A stretch of DNA of 64,000 nucleotides from Basidiobolus meristosporus CBS 931.73 (lineage: Eukaryota; Fungi; Basidiobolomycota), in the NCBI GenBank assembly GCA_002104905.1, contig MCFE01000354.1, positions 1-64,000 on the forward strand, given 5' to 3'. The position numbers were made by a program, and so were the translations under genes. How positions within the stretch are numbered: the first letter of the stretch is position 1; each line of letters starts with the position of its first letter. The notes beneath the pieces were generated by a model. That model searched no databases and had not been told where the DNA came from. It worked only from the letters and a program-made list of their open reading frames with translations. Positions 13,038-26,100 of the stretch are shown one piece after another.

Positions 13038-13954
13038 GGAAGTATCTTACCTAATACAAAAATAATTAATAAAGCTGCGTTGAGCAACCAATATGAGTGA
13101 GTCGATCGATTGATTCATACCATGCGAAGATACCTGCACAAAGAGAATACTGCTAATCCACAAATGGCGATTTGCCATATTCGGAAGGTCCAGAAGGTTG
13201 TGGTCAGGGATGGAATCGATGCTATAGGGATAGAATGGCCCGCAGAAAACTTTCCCAATGTTTTGATCAATAATACTGTCAACATCAATGGTCCTTTTGA
13301 GGGAAACCCCGATATTATTAGAAGGACAGCGAAAATAGATTCTTGAAAAGGGTTGATGGAAGTTTCTTGCGAGGAATTCTTGGTCCAAATTTATCGTAGC
13401 TCAACAGTCCTTGTAACGTCGGTGTCCACCCAAACATGTATTTCAGGAATCCGTTATGACGGAGTCGATTCCAGTATATTTGGGTATATAGATTGCCAGC
13501 TGATAATTACCCTGTGTGCATCATAACAAGACTAGGGTGGAACTTTCCTTCGGAGAGACAGTTATTTATATCATGGTTTAGACACACTTGATTGGCGTCA
13601 CCAGAAAGCGTGGAGTTTAAAAAACAATATATGAAACTGTGAGGTTTTTGTTGATTCGTTGGCCTTCGAGAAAGCGAGTATTTTATTCGAATTAATATAT
13701 CAGCAACTCTTACTCCTTGAGTTGCCAACTATCTGTCGGGATTCTTTAGTCTTGATAGTCCATTTGTTTGTTGGATCCCGTCATTCCTTTGCTACCCACC
13801 AGCCTTGTTTATTATTCTCAGACCTAGTCATATATCTCTAGAGATTAATTCGTTGTAGCTTTTCTACAGCACTAGAAGTTTCACAGTCAGTTGTATCATT
13901 GGTTGCTCATATTCTCTTGAACCTTTTGAATACATCACACCAAGCAGTGAAGCA

Positions 13955-16900
13955 ATGTCCGGCCACGTTGGAAACGTCGAGGATGGACAGCTCCCGCCAG
14001 AGGATGTAACTTATTTGGGTGAGAGCAATCTTAGCGACGATTCTATACTTGAATGCATCAAGGGGCGTTTTGAACAAGCGCAAGCTATACACCAAAATCA
14101 ACAGCTCAGCCCTGATAGCTGTAAACCCGTATGCTCTTGAGCAAGAGAATCCCACTATCTCACAACAATATGCTGAGGCGTGCTATCGTGACACGAGCGG
14201 AAATCCACACAACCTACCTCCACATGTCTATGAAATGGCCACGAAGGCGTATCTGCATTTACGTCGTACAGGCATAGACCAATCGATAATACTAAGGTAC
14301 CGATTTTTGTTTGTTATCTGGATGTAGCTGCCGAAAGCTAACCTGATTAATTTTCTCGTATAGCGGTCTCACCGGAAGTGGAAAATCCGAATCGTACAGG
14401 CGAATCTTGAGGCAATTGTGTAATTTGGCTACCCACGGAAAGAAAGAGTCTAAGCTACCCGGGCAAATCCAAAACATCCAGGTCGTACTAGAGGCATTTG
14501 GTAATGCGATGACCGCTCAGAACGTAAATGCCTCACGTTATTCCATGTTCCAAGAAGTTCAGTATAATGCCCGCGGTAAAATCTCCGGAGCAAAAACGCT
14601 GACATTCCTCCTGGAGAAGTATCGTGTCACCGACACACCGTCAAGCGAGAGAAATTTCAACTCCTTCTACTACCTGCTCTCCGGGTTATCGGACGAGGAA
14701 AAAGGGATTTTAGAGCTAACGGGTCCAGAAGATTATCACTACTTGTCCCACGGCCAGGGTCTTGGTGTTCGACGTGCCGAAGAAAGTGAGAAGTTCCGCC
14801 AGCTCAGGGCTGCTATGAAGTCATTGGGCATCAAAACATCTTCGCAGACTCACATTTTCAGATTGCTGACCGGAATCCTACACTTGGGTAACATTCATTT
14901 CGAGAACCATGAAGATGAAGAATGTTGTCGCGTGAAAAATGCCGACCTGCTTCAACTGGTCGCCGAAATATTAGGAGTAGACTACACTGCCTTGGAGGAG
15001 ACGCTTACCCTCAAGTCCAAGCTTATCGGCAAAGATATTTGTACCATCTTCTTGGATGTGGAGAATGCTGAAAAGCAACGAGATGCTCTGGCGAGAGCAG
15101 TTGTATTCGCTCCTATTTTCTTGGATCGTCGAGGCAATCAATACCAAAGTCTGCCACGACACACCCACGAATTTCATAGGCATCCTTGATCCTGTAGGCT
15201 TCCAAGATATGGAGCATAATAGATACGAGGAGTTTTGCATCAACTTTGCCAACGAAAAGATCCAAAACTTCATTCTCAAGCAGATGTTCGATCCACACAC
15301 CGGAATGAATTCCGAACTCATAGCAGACGGACTTCCCGCTCCTAGTGCCCAGTACTCGGACAACCAAGCTTGCCTTGATATGTTTGCAGGCAAGTCGGGC
15401 TTGATTCAAATCATCGAGGAAAGCCAGTCTGATGAAAACGCCGATCACGACATCCATTCCGTTATCTCTCAGCGTGTTGGAAACCATGCATCTTATCACT
15501 CCAACGGACTTCAAAATCAATTTTCCATCAAACACTACGCCAGTACCGTCACCTATCACACCGACAATTTTGTTGAGAAGAATCAAGACATTCTCGATGT
15601 CAATATTGTGTCGCTGTTCCGTGGGGCCAAACCAAGCACCAACACGTTCATCAGCGATCTGTTCAGTAGCAGTGCTGTGGCCACCGAGTCTCACCCACGC
15701 AGTAAGGAAACCATCGTAGCCGCTCGACAGTCTACAAAGCCTACAAGACAATCCAGCAGACGTCACCCCAAGAAGCCCGATGGCAAGAAGGAGAGCAAAG
15801 CCCCTGGAGTGCTGAATCAACTGAACTCCACGTTAAACGACTTGTTTGATACCATGAGCGAAACCTTGATTTGGAACATCTTCCATATCAACTCGAATAT
15901 CTCCCGCGATTCTTACCGATTTGACGTTCAATGTGTACGGAGCCAGATCAGCGGATTCTCTCTTTCAGGAGTTGCTTACCGCCTAATGAATGATTACACG
16001 TCTAGTCTTGAATTCTCCGAATTCCTGGAACGTTATCAGCCCTTCCTGGAGTCGTTGCAACTAGATCCTAGCAAGGATCCTCGCGAGCGTGTAATGTCCA
16101 TTAAAAGCATTAGCGGCTGGAGCGATGACGAAATGTACGTAGGCGATAAAGAGCGCGTCTTCCTGTGCGAGCATGTCTGGAAGGAGCTGGAGGATGGTTT
16201 GAGATCGATGGAGAAGGAGGAAAGAAATGCCCAAAAAGGAAGATCCTCATCGATGGGTCTGGGTCTTGATACCGAATCCCTAAACTCCGGTTACAATGGG
16301 CAAGTTAATACATCCACTCCTGCTCCATATGGTGCCCCCAGCTTTGCTGGTGACGCCCAGAGAAGCTACAGCCAGTTCCCTAGAGAAGATAGTGAATATG
16401 GTAGCGAGTTCGACTTTGGACGTGAACATGGACTGAATGAGATCGAATTGGCGAAAACCGACAAAGCTGACAAGAGTGCACCGATCGTTGAATCGCTGCC
16501 TACATCGAGGGCTCGCAGATCTTGGCTCTGCATAACCAAATTATTCACTTGGTGGATTCCATCAATTACACTCTCCTGGTGCGGAATGAAGCGTTCAGAC
16601 ATTCAGCTGGCTTGGAGAGAGAAGGTCACATTATGCATTCTTATAGTGTTACTCTGGGGAGTTTTGATGTTCGTCATTGTGGGCCTTGGGCTGATTTTAT
16701 GTCCACGAGTATACTACTACAATGCGACGGATGTGGCTTATCATCAAGCCGAGGGCGATTTGTATGCCTACATGTACGGTAGAGTCTATGACGTTTCGAT
16801 TTTCGCCAACCAAAACCATGCTACTGGTGTCTCGTTCGAAGATATGCTTTCGGCTATAACAACTACTGAAAACAACGTCGAGCCATATTTTGAAATACCA

Positions 16901-19585
16901 CTTAATGTCCAATGTCCTGGATTGGGGATCTCCGACACTTCCACAATGAAGATCCAGTCTGATTATCAATTAGCTATACAAGTACCTCATCAAACTGGCC
17001 AATTTCAGCTCGTGCCTACCAATCCTATGAAACCAGCGAATTGGTTTTACGAAACTGCTCTACCAAGATTGAATCTTTGGGCCAAGGGTGATGTCGCTTG
17101 GGAAGCCGACCATATCCGCAAAATGGCTCAAGAGGGATACAGACAGTGGGGAATCATCAATCATCGCGTGTACGATCTGACTCAGTATTTCAAGACCTTA
17201 TCGGCGGCTAAACTAGCAGGTAACGAGAAAGAATACGAATTTCTTAGCATTTACGTCCGACAAGTATTCGAATACAGTGATAGATTTGGCCCTGATTTGA
17301 CGAAGATGTTCAACGAGAAAGTCAGGCCGAAATTAACTCCAGAGCAGTACCAGGCCAACATGAACTGCTTGAACAAAGCGTTCTACATTGGTGTAGTCGA
17401 TACCCGCCAGGGGGTGAAGTGCAAGCTATCTCACTGGATCCCTGTCTCTTTTGCGATTGTGCTTTGCTCAGTCATTGTGATCAAATTCCTGGCTGCTCTT
17501 CAGCTAACCTCGAAGCGTAGACCCGAGGATCTGGACAAGTTCGTTATCTGTCAAGTTCCGTGTTATACGGAAGATGAAGACTCATTACGAAAGACAATCG
17601 ACTCTTTGGCCGGACTGCAGTATGATGACAAGAGAAAGCTTATCTTCATCATTGCTGATGGCATGATCATTGGTAGTGGAAATGACCGTCCCACTCCTAA
17701 AATTGTGTGTGATATTTTGGGTGTGGACCCCGATTACGACCCTGAGCCCTTCAGCTTCAAAAGTATCGGGGAAGGTAACAAACAGCACAACATGGCCAAG
17801 GTGTATTCCGGATTGTACGAGTTCGAGGGCCATGTGGTTCCATACATTGTTGTGGCCAAGGTCGGCAAGCCAAGCGAGCGCTCACGTCCAGGCAATCGAG
17901 GCAAGCGTGACTCGCAGATCATTCTGATGAACTTCCTGAACCGGGTGCACTTCGACAGCGAGATGTCCCCTCTGGACCTGGAGATCTACCACCAGATCAA
18001 GAATGTGATCGGAGTCAACCCGGCCTTCTACGAGTACATTCTGATGGTGGATGCGGATACCGAGGTAAAGGCGGACTCGCTCACTCGGCTGATTGCCTGC
18101 ATGACGCACGACGCAAGGATCATTGGACTGTGTGGAGAAACGCAACTTGCCAACGAGGAGTTCTCGTGGGCGACGATGATCCAGGTGTACGAGTACTACA
18201 TCTCCCATCACCTTGCCAAGGCATTCGAGAGTCTGTTCGGTAGTGTGACCTGTTTACCCGGATGTTTCTGTATGTACCGTATCCGAACGATCAAGGGATC
18301 GCCGCTGATCATCAACAACGAGGTCATCAACGACTACTCGGAGAACAACGTGGATACACTGCACAAGAAGAACTTGCTCTCGCTTGGTGAGGATCGTTAT
18401 CTGACCACGCTGATGCTGAAGCATTTCCCACAATACAAGATGAAGTTTACATCTGATGCGCAATGCTTAACGGTCGCGCCGGACAAGTGGGCAGTTTTGC
18501 TCTCCCAACGTCGTCGCTGGATCAATTCTACTGTTCATAATTTATTTGAGCTAGTCTTCCTCCCTGACTTATGCGGATTCTGCTTCTTCTCCATGCGATT
18601 CGTTGTGATGCTTGATCTGTTTGGCACCTTGGTTATGCCTGCGACAGTAGTGTACTTATTTTATTTGATCATCTCGGCGTGCATCGATCCAAACAACATG
18701 AGTACTATTGCGTTGATCATGTTTGGTGTGGTATATGGCCTCCAGGCTGTCATCTTCATCATCAAGCGCCAATGGCAACATGTCGGTTGGATGATCATTT
18801 ATCTGCTCGCAATGCCTCTCTTTGGTTTCGCTATTCCCATCTACTCGTTCTGGCATTTCGACGATTTCTCGTGGGGTAATACTCGTGTGATTGTAGGGGA
18901 GAAAGGAGAGAAGAAGATGATTTCGAACGAAGAGCCATTTGATCCTGAAAGCATTCCAATGAAGAAATGGAGCGATTTCGAGCAAGAGGTATGGGAAGCT
19001 GGCTCAAGCGTATCGAGGGTTTCAGGCAGTCGCCCAACATCAAGATCAAGATCTCAGACACCGTTTGATGGCTCTCAGTTTTCCGAAACAAGATATCGCT
19101 CACAATCTCCATATGCTGGGTCAAACTATAGTGGCTCCCAACATCCATATGTCAACGTGCATGACCCAGCCTATTCATCACAGGGTAGATCTCTCTCTAG
19201 GCCCTCATACCGTGCTTCACCTATGCCATCCTTCAACCATTTGCCTTCTACCCGCACTGGGTATTCAGGCTCTAGAGCATCCATGGGGTATTCCCCGGAG
19301 CGCGCACCGACACCTTCATCGTTTGCTGACTACCCTCCGCAAATGATGCCTAACAGAAGCGCAAGTGCACTTGGAGATTACCACTCGGAGATGTCGTACA
19401 GCCACTTCCCTACGGACGACGAAATCATAGCCGAGATTCGTAGAATCCTCTCAACTGCCGATTTGATGACGGTCACGAAAAAACAAGTGCGCGAAGAACT
19501 ATCTCATGCATTTGGAGTTGATATGAACTCACATAGAGAGTTCATCAACAATGCCATTGAACTCGTATTGCAAGGGCAATTGTAA
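13955..19585 (+). CDS. Myosin-motor chitin synthase A (class V; myosin head, cyt-b5-like region, GT2 core, DEK_C); one intron near 14296-14363 and two +1 frame breaks
   Basis: P-loop SGLTGSGKSE, NASRY, GNRGKRDSQ, LMVDADT, LPGCF, LGEDRYLT, QRRRW, C-terminal PTDDEIIAEIRRILSTADLMTVTKKQVRE. Frame breaks at about 14083 and 15099. Confidence 0.93.
17783..18447. repeat. Arm 1 of a 665-bp near-perfect inverted repeat (partner 33087..33751) inside chitin synthase A
   Basis: Base-by-base comparison with the reverse complement of 33087..33751 shows 3 mismatches, all synonymous. Confidence 0.95.
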
Positions 19586-20140
19586 ATTCACTTCGCTTCG
19601 CTTTTAGTGGACAGATACTTGAGCATTATTAATAATTAATTATTTCCTAACCACCGATGACCTCGTAGCCCGTAGCCCATAGCCTATACCCTCTGTATTC
19701 CCGCTACCCTGCTAGCCATCTGTGTGTATCATTCATTTTCGGATCGAATACGTTTCTTGATCATAATTTACTCTATAAATCCAATTGGAAAATATGACTG
19801 AACTTGGGACTGTTTGTAGAACATCCTTTGATAATAACACAGTTGCCATACCTTATCCAATGAATGACGTTGTAGGAAAATTTTATTGTATATAATAATA
19901 GTATCTAAATATTATGATTTGTATTTACCTGGTTAATCTGATCCAACATTGTTACCTCAACCATCAGTTTACTATCAATACCTTGACTTTGTAGACAGTT
20001 CACTGGTGCCCTTACATTCCCCTACCACTTGTTAGCATACGAAGTCCTTTTCCTTTTAGTTTTTTGTAGAAGTTTTGATTTTACCTCGTAGTAAGTTATC
20101 TGGACATACAACCACAACTGAACATTGCTCGACACCCGTG

Positions 20141-23100
20141 ATGTCTTCGACGGATAACGAGCTAGAACCTCGCCAGGATCCAAAAGAGAGCACTGATGAG
20201 GAATTTGAGGTAGAAACCATCTTGGATAGTAGAGAGAACGCCGAAGAAAAGGAATATTTAGTAAAGTGGAAAGATTATCCTGAGAATCAAGCCACTTGGG
20301 AAAACGCCAACAACCTTAAACACTGTCTCGCCTTGATTTATGCTTTCGAAGTGCACAAGACAAAAGAACATAGACGACACGCACGTGAAATGCTCGATTC
20401 TAACCCAGTAAATGAGGTCTCTTCTGTGCATGTGAACGACAATGGAGCAATTTCAGATTCGCCTAAGGGCGAGCGCATTTCACGTTCTAACCAGCATACT
20501 TTCAGAACCTTGACTCCCTTTAAAGGTACACGACTAGCGTCCCAATTCAGGTTTAGGTCCGAATGCACCCTATAGTAACACCTTATTCACGGCTGATTGT
20601 AGATAGTCAAGAAGCGAGATCGAACACGAAGTCCCTCAAGCGAAAGAAAGAGAACGACCCGGTTCTGGTCACACAAATTGTTGCACGGGAAATCTCGGAG
20701 GGTGGGAAGCCAAAGTATCAGGCTGAGTGGAGTGACGGGAAGACATCATGGGTACGGTTTAAATTTTTGCCTATGGTTCTCTCGATCTTCTCGAGTACTC
20801 AAGCATATGTTCTGGATTTAGCTTTATGACAAAGAGATCGACCAACATTTAGAATTGATTGAAAAGTTCGAGCACTCAGAGGAATCTAAACACAGCCCGC
20901 AAGATAGCAATGTCGCATCTAGTGATCTGCTTTCAGCGGATGAGGACCAGACTGATCCGTTTATAAGTAGCTTTCAAGATCCTACTTTTTATGTGGAGGT
21001 ACCACCGCTATCAGTACCTCACGACAGATTCACTTGGTTCCCAGAAGTATCAGGTAAAGACGGCTTATACAGTTGTACGACCAACCACTTCTCTTTACTT
21101 ACGGGTTTTAGTAATTGGTGACAGCAAATCTGATCCGATTGACCAGCAGGATTTCAAACCTTTTGATAGTGAGAGCTCTCCAAGCGCAAGTGAGGTTTCG
21201 GATAGTGCGGACTCCGACGCTGATGGAATCAATGAAGTCCGATATTACCCAATGTTTACTAAACGCTCTCGAAAAATCAGCAACGGTGTGGACAGTGACT
21301 CCGAAGCACCGACCTCTGCCAAATACTCGAAAAGATTGCGGTTTCGCGACTTTTCTAGTGACACTTCGGAGGCTTCTTCTGAGCCACGACGCCGTAGCCA
21401 CCGCAAAACGTTCAAACGTATCGCGTCCCCGATAGAACAGATCGAAGAGGATCCGGAGAAAGTCGGCAATGACATCGATGAGGATTATATGGAAATTGAC
21501 GTAGAGGAAAGCGATCAAGAGGGAAATGATGATTCAATCCAGGCACATTGCTACCAATGCGGTAAAAAAGGAGAGATTCCACTGCGTTTGGATGCAAAAA
21601 GTATAGCACAATCAAAGAGTAGTTATCTACTCTCCTGCAATCGTTGTACCTATACCACACACAAGGAATGCTATCTTGAGACTTTCAAAGAGCCATATGA
21701 AGCCGGTTTTGATGCGGAGCCAACTGATAGTGAAGCTGGCTATCGACGAAAGCGACGAGTGATCTGGAATTGCCATGACTGCCAAACCTGGCCACAAGAT
21801 GTTGAGAAAATCCTGACCTTCCGGTACCTTGATGAAGAAGGTGAGCGCAGCCTGATTGAAGATTGGAACAATGAATCCGGAGCGGACATCCTCTACCTGG
21901 TCAAATTCAAAGGTGTTTCATACAATCACGTTGAATGGGTGCCATCAAGATGGCTCTTTGATGTTTCGCCGGGACTTTTGCGTGCTTTCATAAAAAAAGA
22001 CCCAAAATCCCAAGGACTTGAGGAGGTCATAAAGAAAGAGTGGACCTTTGTGGACAGGCTCCTGGATGTTCGATTTAAGGACAGTGTTGGTATGGGTCGA
22101 GCCAAACCTAGTGATGTGGAAGCAATGTATGCAAAGTGGAAGAATTTACCGTACGAAGAGGGTACATTCATGTTTCTTCGGTCTATCGCAATTACTCCAG
22201 AGATCTTACAATATATATTCTTCTACAACTAGCAACCTGGGACGATCCACCTGAAATTGGCTCCGAGGCATATGAGCATTTCAACGCAGCTTTCCAAAGA
22301 TACATAATGAAATGTCAAGTCAAACCTCCGTCGAATCACGCAAGTAGATCCAAAGGGAGGTTCAATGAGTTGAAGAAGCAGCCCGACTACCTAAAGGGTG
22401 GCGAGCTGATGCCTTTCCAGCTGGAAGGTGTAAAGTAAGTTGCGAAATGTATGCTGAATGAGGAGACTCGATTACTAAACATGATCTCTCTGCAGTTGGC
22501 TATTGTACAAATGGTTGGAGCAGTCCTCATGTGTGTTAGCCGATGAGATGGGGTTAGGTAAGTGAGTCTCTCTTTATAACTTCTGGTGGCCGCCTAATTA
22601 AGCAAGAACCATAGGGAAAACTGTGCAAATCATATCGTTTCTCAGCATTCTCTTTAACGCAAAGGGAGTGTATCCATTCCTCATTGTAGTCCCCAACTCT
22701 GTACAGGCGAATTGGCTCATGGAATTCTCCAAATGGGCACCTGAGCTGGTAGTTGTAACATACAGTGGCTCCAGTGCCAGCCGGCAACTGGTGCGCAAGT
22801 ACGAGATGTTTCAAGAGGGTTCCAATTCGCAGCTGCGGTGTCACGTTGTCATCACCACATACGAAATGATCATACAAGAAGTCGGGGTGTTCAAAAAGAA
22901 CTTTTGGGAAGTGCTGGTTGTCGATGAAGGCCATAAACTCAAGAACGAAACCAACAAGATCTTTTTGAAGTTGATGGAGGTCAAAGTTGGCCACAAAGTC
23001 ATATTAACTGGTTTGTATGATGCCCATTCAATCTAAGCCCCCAGTCATTAACACACTTCTAAACAGGCACTCCGCTACAGAATAACATTCGAGAGTTATT

Positions 23101-26100
23101 CAACTTGTTGAGTTTTATTGATCCAAAAGGCTTCAAGTCGAAGGCGGACCTGGAGGCCAAATATGAGGTCCTCTCCAAAGATTTGGTCGGAGAATTGCAT
23201 GAGGTGGGATGATCAAAACAAGGAAATCGAGATACTTTCCATACTAATGCAGCGGTGTCTTCTGAAGTTGGTCAAACCGTATATACTCCGAAGAATCAAA
23301 TCCGAAGTTTTGAACATGCTTCCAAGCAAGGTACTCTATTACTGTGCCCGCTTTATGAACCTTCCATTGATATTCTTCATCCAATCGTAGCAAGAGGTTA
23401 TCATCCCTGTCAGCATGTCCGTGCTTCAAAAGGAGATATACAAAGGCATCTTGGGCCGCAACTACCAGCTTTTGAAGTCGATTACCGGAAAGAACAGCAA
23501 GGCCGGCCAGAAAAAATCATCGATGCTGAATATCTTGATGGAGCTGCGCAAGTGCCTGAATCACCCATACTTGATCAATAACGTCGAGGAGATCTTCACA
23601 TCCATGGAGGAGACCCAGGCCAGACTGATAGAAGCCAGTGGGAAGCTGGCTCTGCTAGATCGGATGCTGAAAAAGCTGAAAGAGCAAGGACACCGCGTGT
23701 TGATCTTTTCACAGTTCCAGATCATGCTGGATATTCTGGAAGATTATCTCGTATGTGAAGATTACAAGTTCTTAAGGATCGATGGGGCAACACCAGGTGA
23801 GGTCCGTCAACAGTACATCGATGCGTACAACAAACCCGATTCAGAGTACTTTGTATTCCTGCTATCTACTAGAGCGGGTGGTGTGGGGCTGAATCTAGCT
23901 TCGGCCGACACTGTTATCATCTACGATCCTGATTTCAACCCGCATGCGGATATGCAAGCCATCAGTCGTGCTCACAGATTTGGTCAGAAGAATCCAGTGT
24001 TGGTGCTGAAACTTGTCACGAAAAACTCCGCCGAACAGAAAATCATGGAGGTCGCCAAAACCAAACTTGTGCTGGATCATTTGGTGATCGAGAAGCTGGA
24101 TGATGATGACATAGATACCACGGATGTTGAGAGTATCCTGAAGTTTGGTGCCAAGGCGTTGTTTGATGAAGAAAACAATCCAGATTTGGCCGAGAGCAGA
24201 ACCATCAGATACGATGATACTGCCATAGAGAAGCTGCTAGAGAGAACCAGTGACGAGCCTGACTCGACCGAATCTCCGCGTATCGCTAACAACACCGCAG
24301 GGTCATTCAGCTTTGCCAGGGTCTGGGTCAATGACCATGAGGTTGAGGATTCGGAAACAGGAGATGAGAACTATTGGGAGAATATTTTGAAAGATCGTTT
24401 AGCCGAGAAGAAGGCTGAAGATACGGTCGAGTATGGTCGTGGTGCTCGAAGAACAAAGGTAAGATATCGGTCAACTTTGAGCAACATCGTAGCGACTGGT
24501 TAGTTAACCCCTTCGTATTAGAAAATCCACTACTCGGAGCAACTCGACGGAGCTTTGGAGAAAACGCCGAAAAAGAAGTCTCGGGCAGTTCAGCCTCAAG
24601 ACGATAATGACTATGAGAATGTTGTAGTAAGCGAAAGCGAATCGGAAACCGCCGAAGAGTTTGATAAAGATGAGATGTCAGTTCAAACCCCTGCCCAACC
24701 AACCCCAACGCCTCAAGTACCAGCAGCTAATGCTGTGCTTCAGCCATTAAACTTGAAGCAAACCAAAAGCGAGAATTTTATCAACTATGCTGGTCCTTCT
24801 ACATCCAGCACTGCGCCGCAACCCAATGGTTTATACGACTATTCCAACATTCCAAGACTAGAATCCTTAAAACAAGTTCTGCTAAAACGATATACCGATT
24901 ATCAGAATACGCTTGCCAAAGCCCGTTTAGTCCCTCCGCAAGGCCAACCTACCGGTGGACTCCAGCCTTCCACATCCTCCATTACTCCTCTCCCTGCTGG
25001 ACAACAGCAATCTTCCTCGCTGGCTTCTGGATTGGCCCAACAGAATCGCATTACCTCTCCTCCTGGGGTGGCTGTGCCCGGAAAAGCCTTTGGGTCACCT
25101 CAACAAGCTCCAAATGCATCGACGGGGTCAGCAGTTGCCGCGGCCCACCGTTCTCCACAGAAAACTCCGAACTCCCGTTTAGCTGGTTCAGTCATATCAC
25201 CACAACAGAACCAGACCGTACTGCCTGGCTCAACTGTAATTGCTGGAGTCCATCGATCACCCCAGACCCAGAGTGGGCCACTACCTGGTTCAGCCATACC
25301 TTCCTCTACGTATAGATCTCCACAGCAGAACCAGGCTGTACTGCCTGGCTCAACTGTGATTAATGGAGTCCATCGATCACCCCAGACCCAGAGTGGGGTT
25401 ATACCTGGTACTAGTCGCATCCTCCTCTACGTATAGATCTCCACAGCAGAACCAGGCTGCACTACCCGGCTCAGCCGTGATTGCTGGAACTCATCGATCA
25501 CCTCAGACCCAAGGTGGTTCTCTACCTGGTTCAGCCATACCTTCCACTACGTATAGATCTCCACAGCAGAACCAGGCTGCACTGCCTGGCTCAACTGTGA
25601 TTGCTGGAGCCCATCGATCGCCTCACACCCAGAGTGGACCTCTACCTGGTACTGTCGCATCCTCCTCTACTTATCGGTCCCCACAGCAGAACCAGGCTGC
25701 ACTACCCGGCTCAGCAGTGGCCACTACTGCTCATCAATCACCTCAACAGAGCCAGTCTGGACTACCTAGCCAATCTCCTCGGGCTCGGAACGCTTCACTT
25801 TCCAATTCTTCCTCGTCCGTTAGCCATCAATCACCACAACTGATCCAGAGTAAACTACCCAGTTTGGCAACTCCTCAAAGTCCACCTCAACCTGGATCTG
25901 CTGGTAATTATCAATCGGCACAACCACAGCGTGCTTTGCAAACACACGGCACTTTCGCCTCTAGTCAAGCTCAATACAATTCATTCCCACCAGGCCATAT
26001 CCACCCATCCCCATCTACAACCTCGACATCTAAACCCTCGGCCAGCCCATCGCTAAGCCACTATACCCCCGGTACTTCAAGCATAGTGAATAGTCCTCAG

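Noticed and set aside
13047-13510. Opposing ORFs 13047..13388(-) and 13110..13346(+) and a stop-riddled frame downstream of NAMPT
   Set aside because: No family motif recognised; may be a decayed remnant or noise.
15120-15160. Switch-II Glu replaced by Gln (DPVGFQ / DQFGFQ) in both myosin heads
   Set aside because: Degenerate switch II and non-motile, tether-like behaviour are, to my knowledge, usual for class XVII chitin-synthase myosins, so not treated as novel.
15113-18985. Long antisense/alternative-frame ORFs inside the chitin synthases, remodeller repeat and terpene synthase
   Set aside because: Shadow ORFs caused by codon bias and repeats; the same shadows recur in both paralogues.
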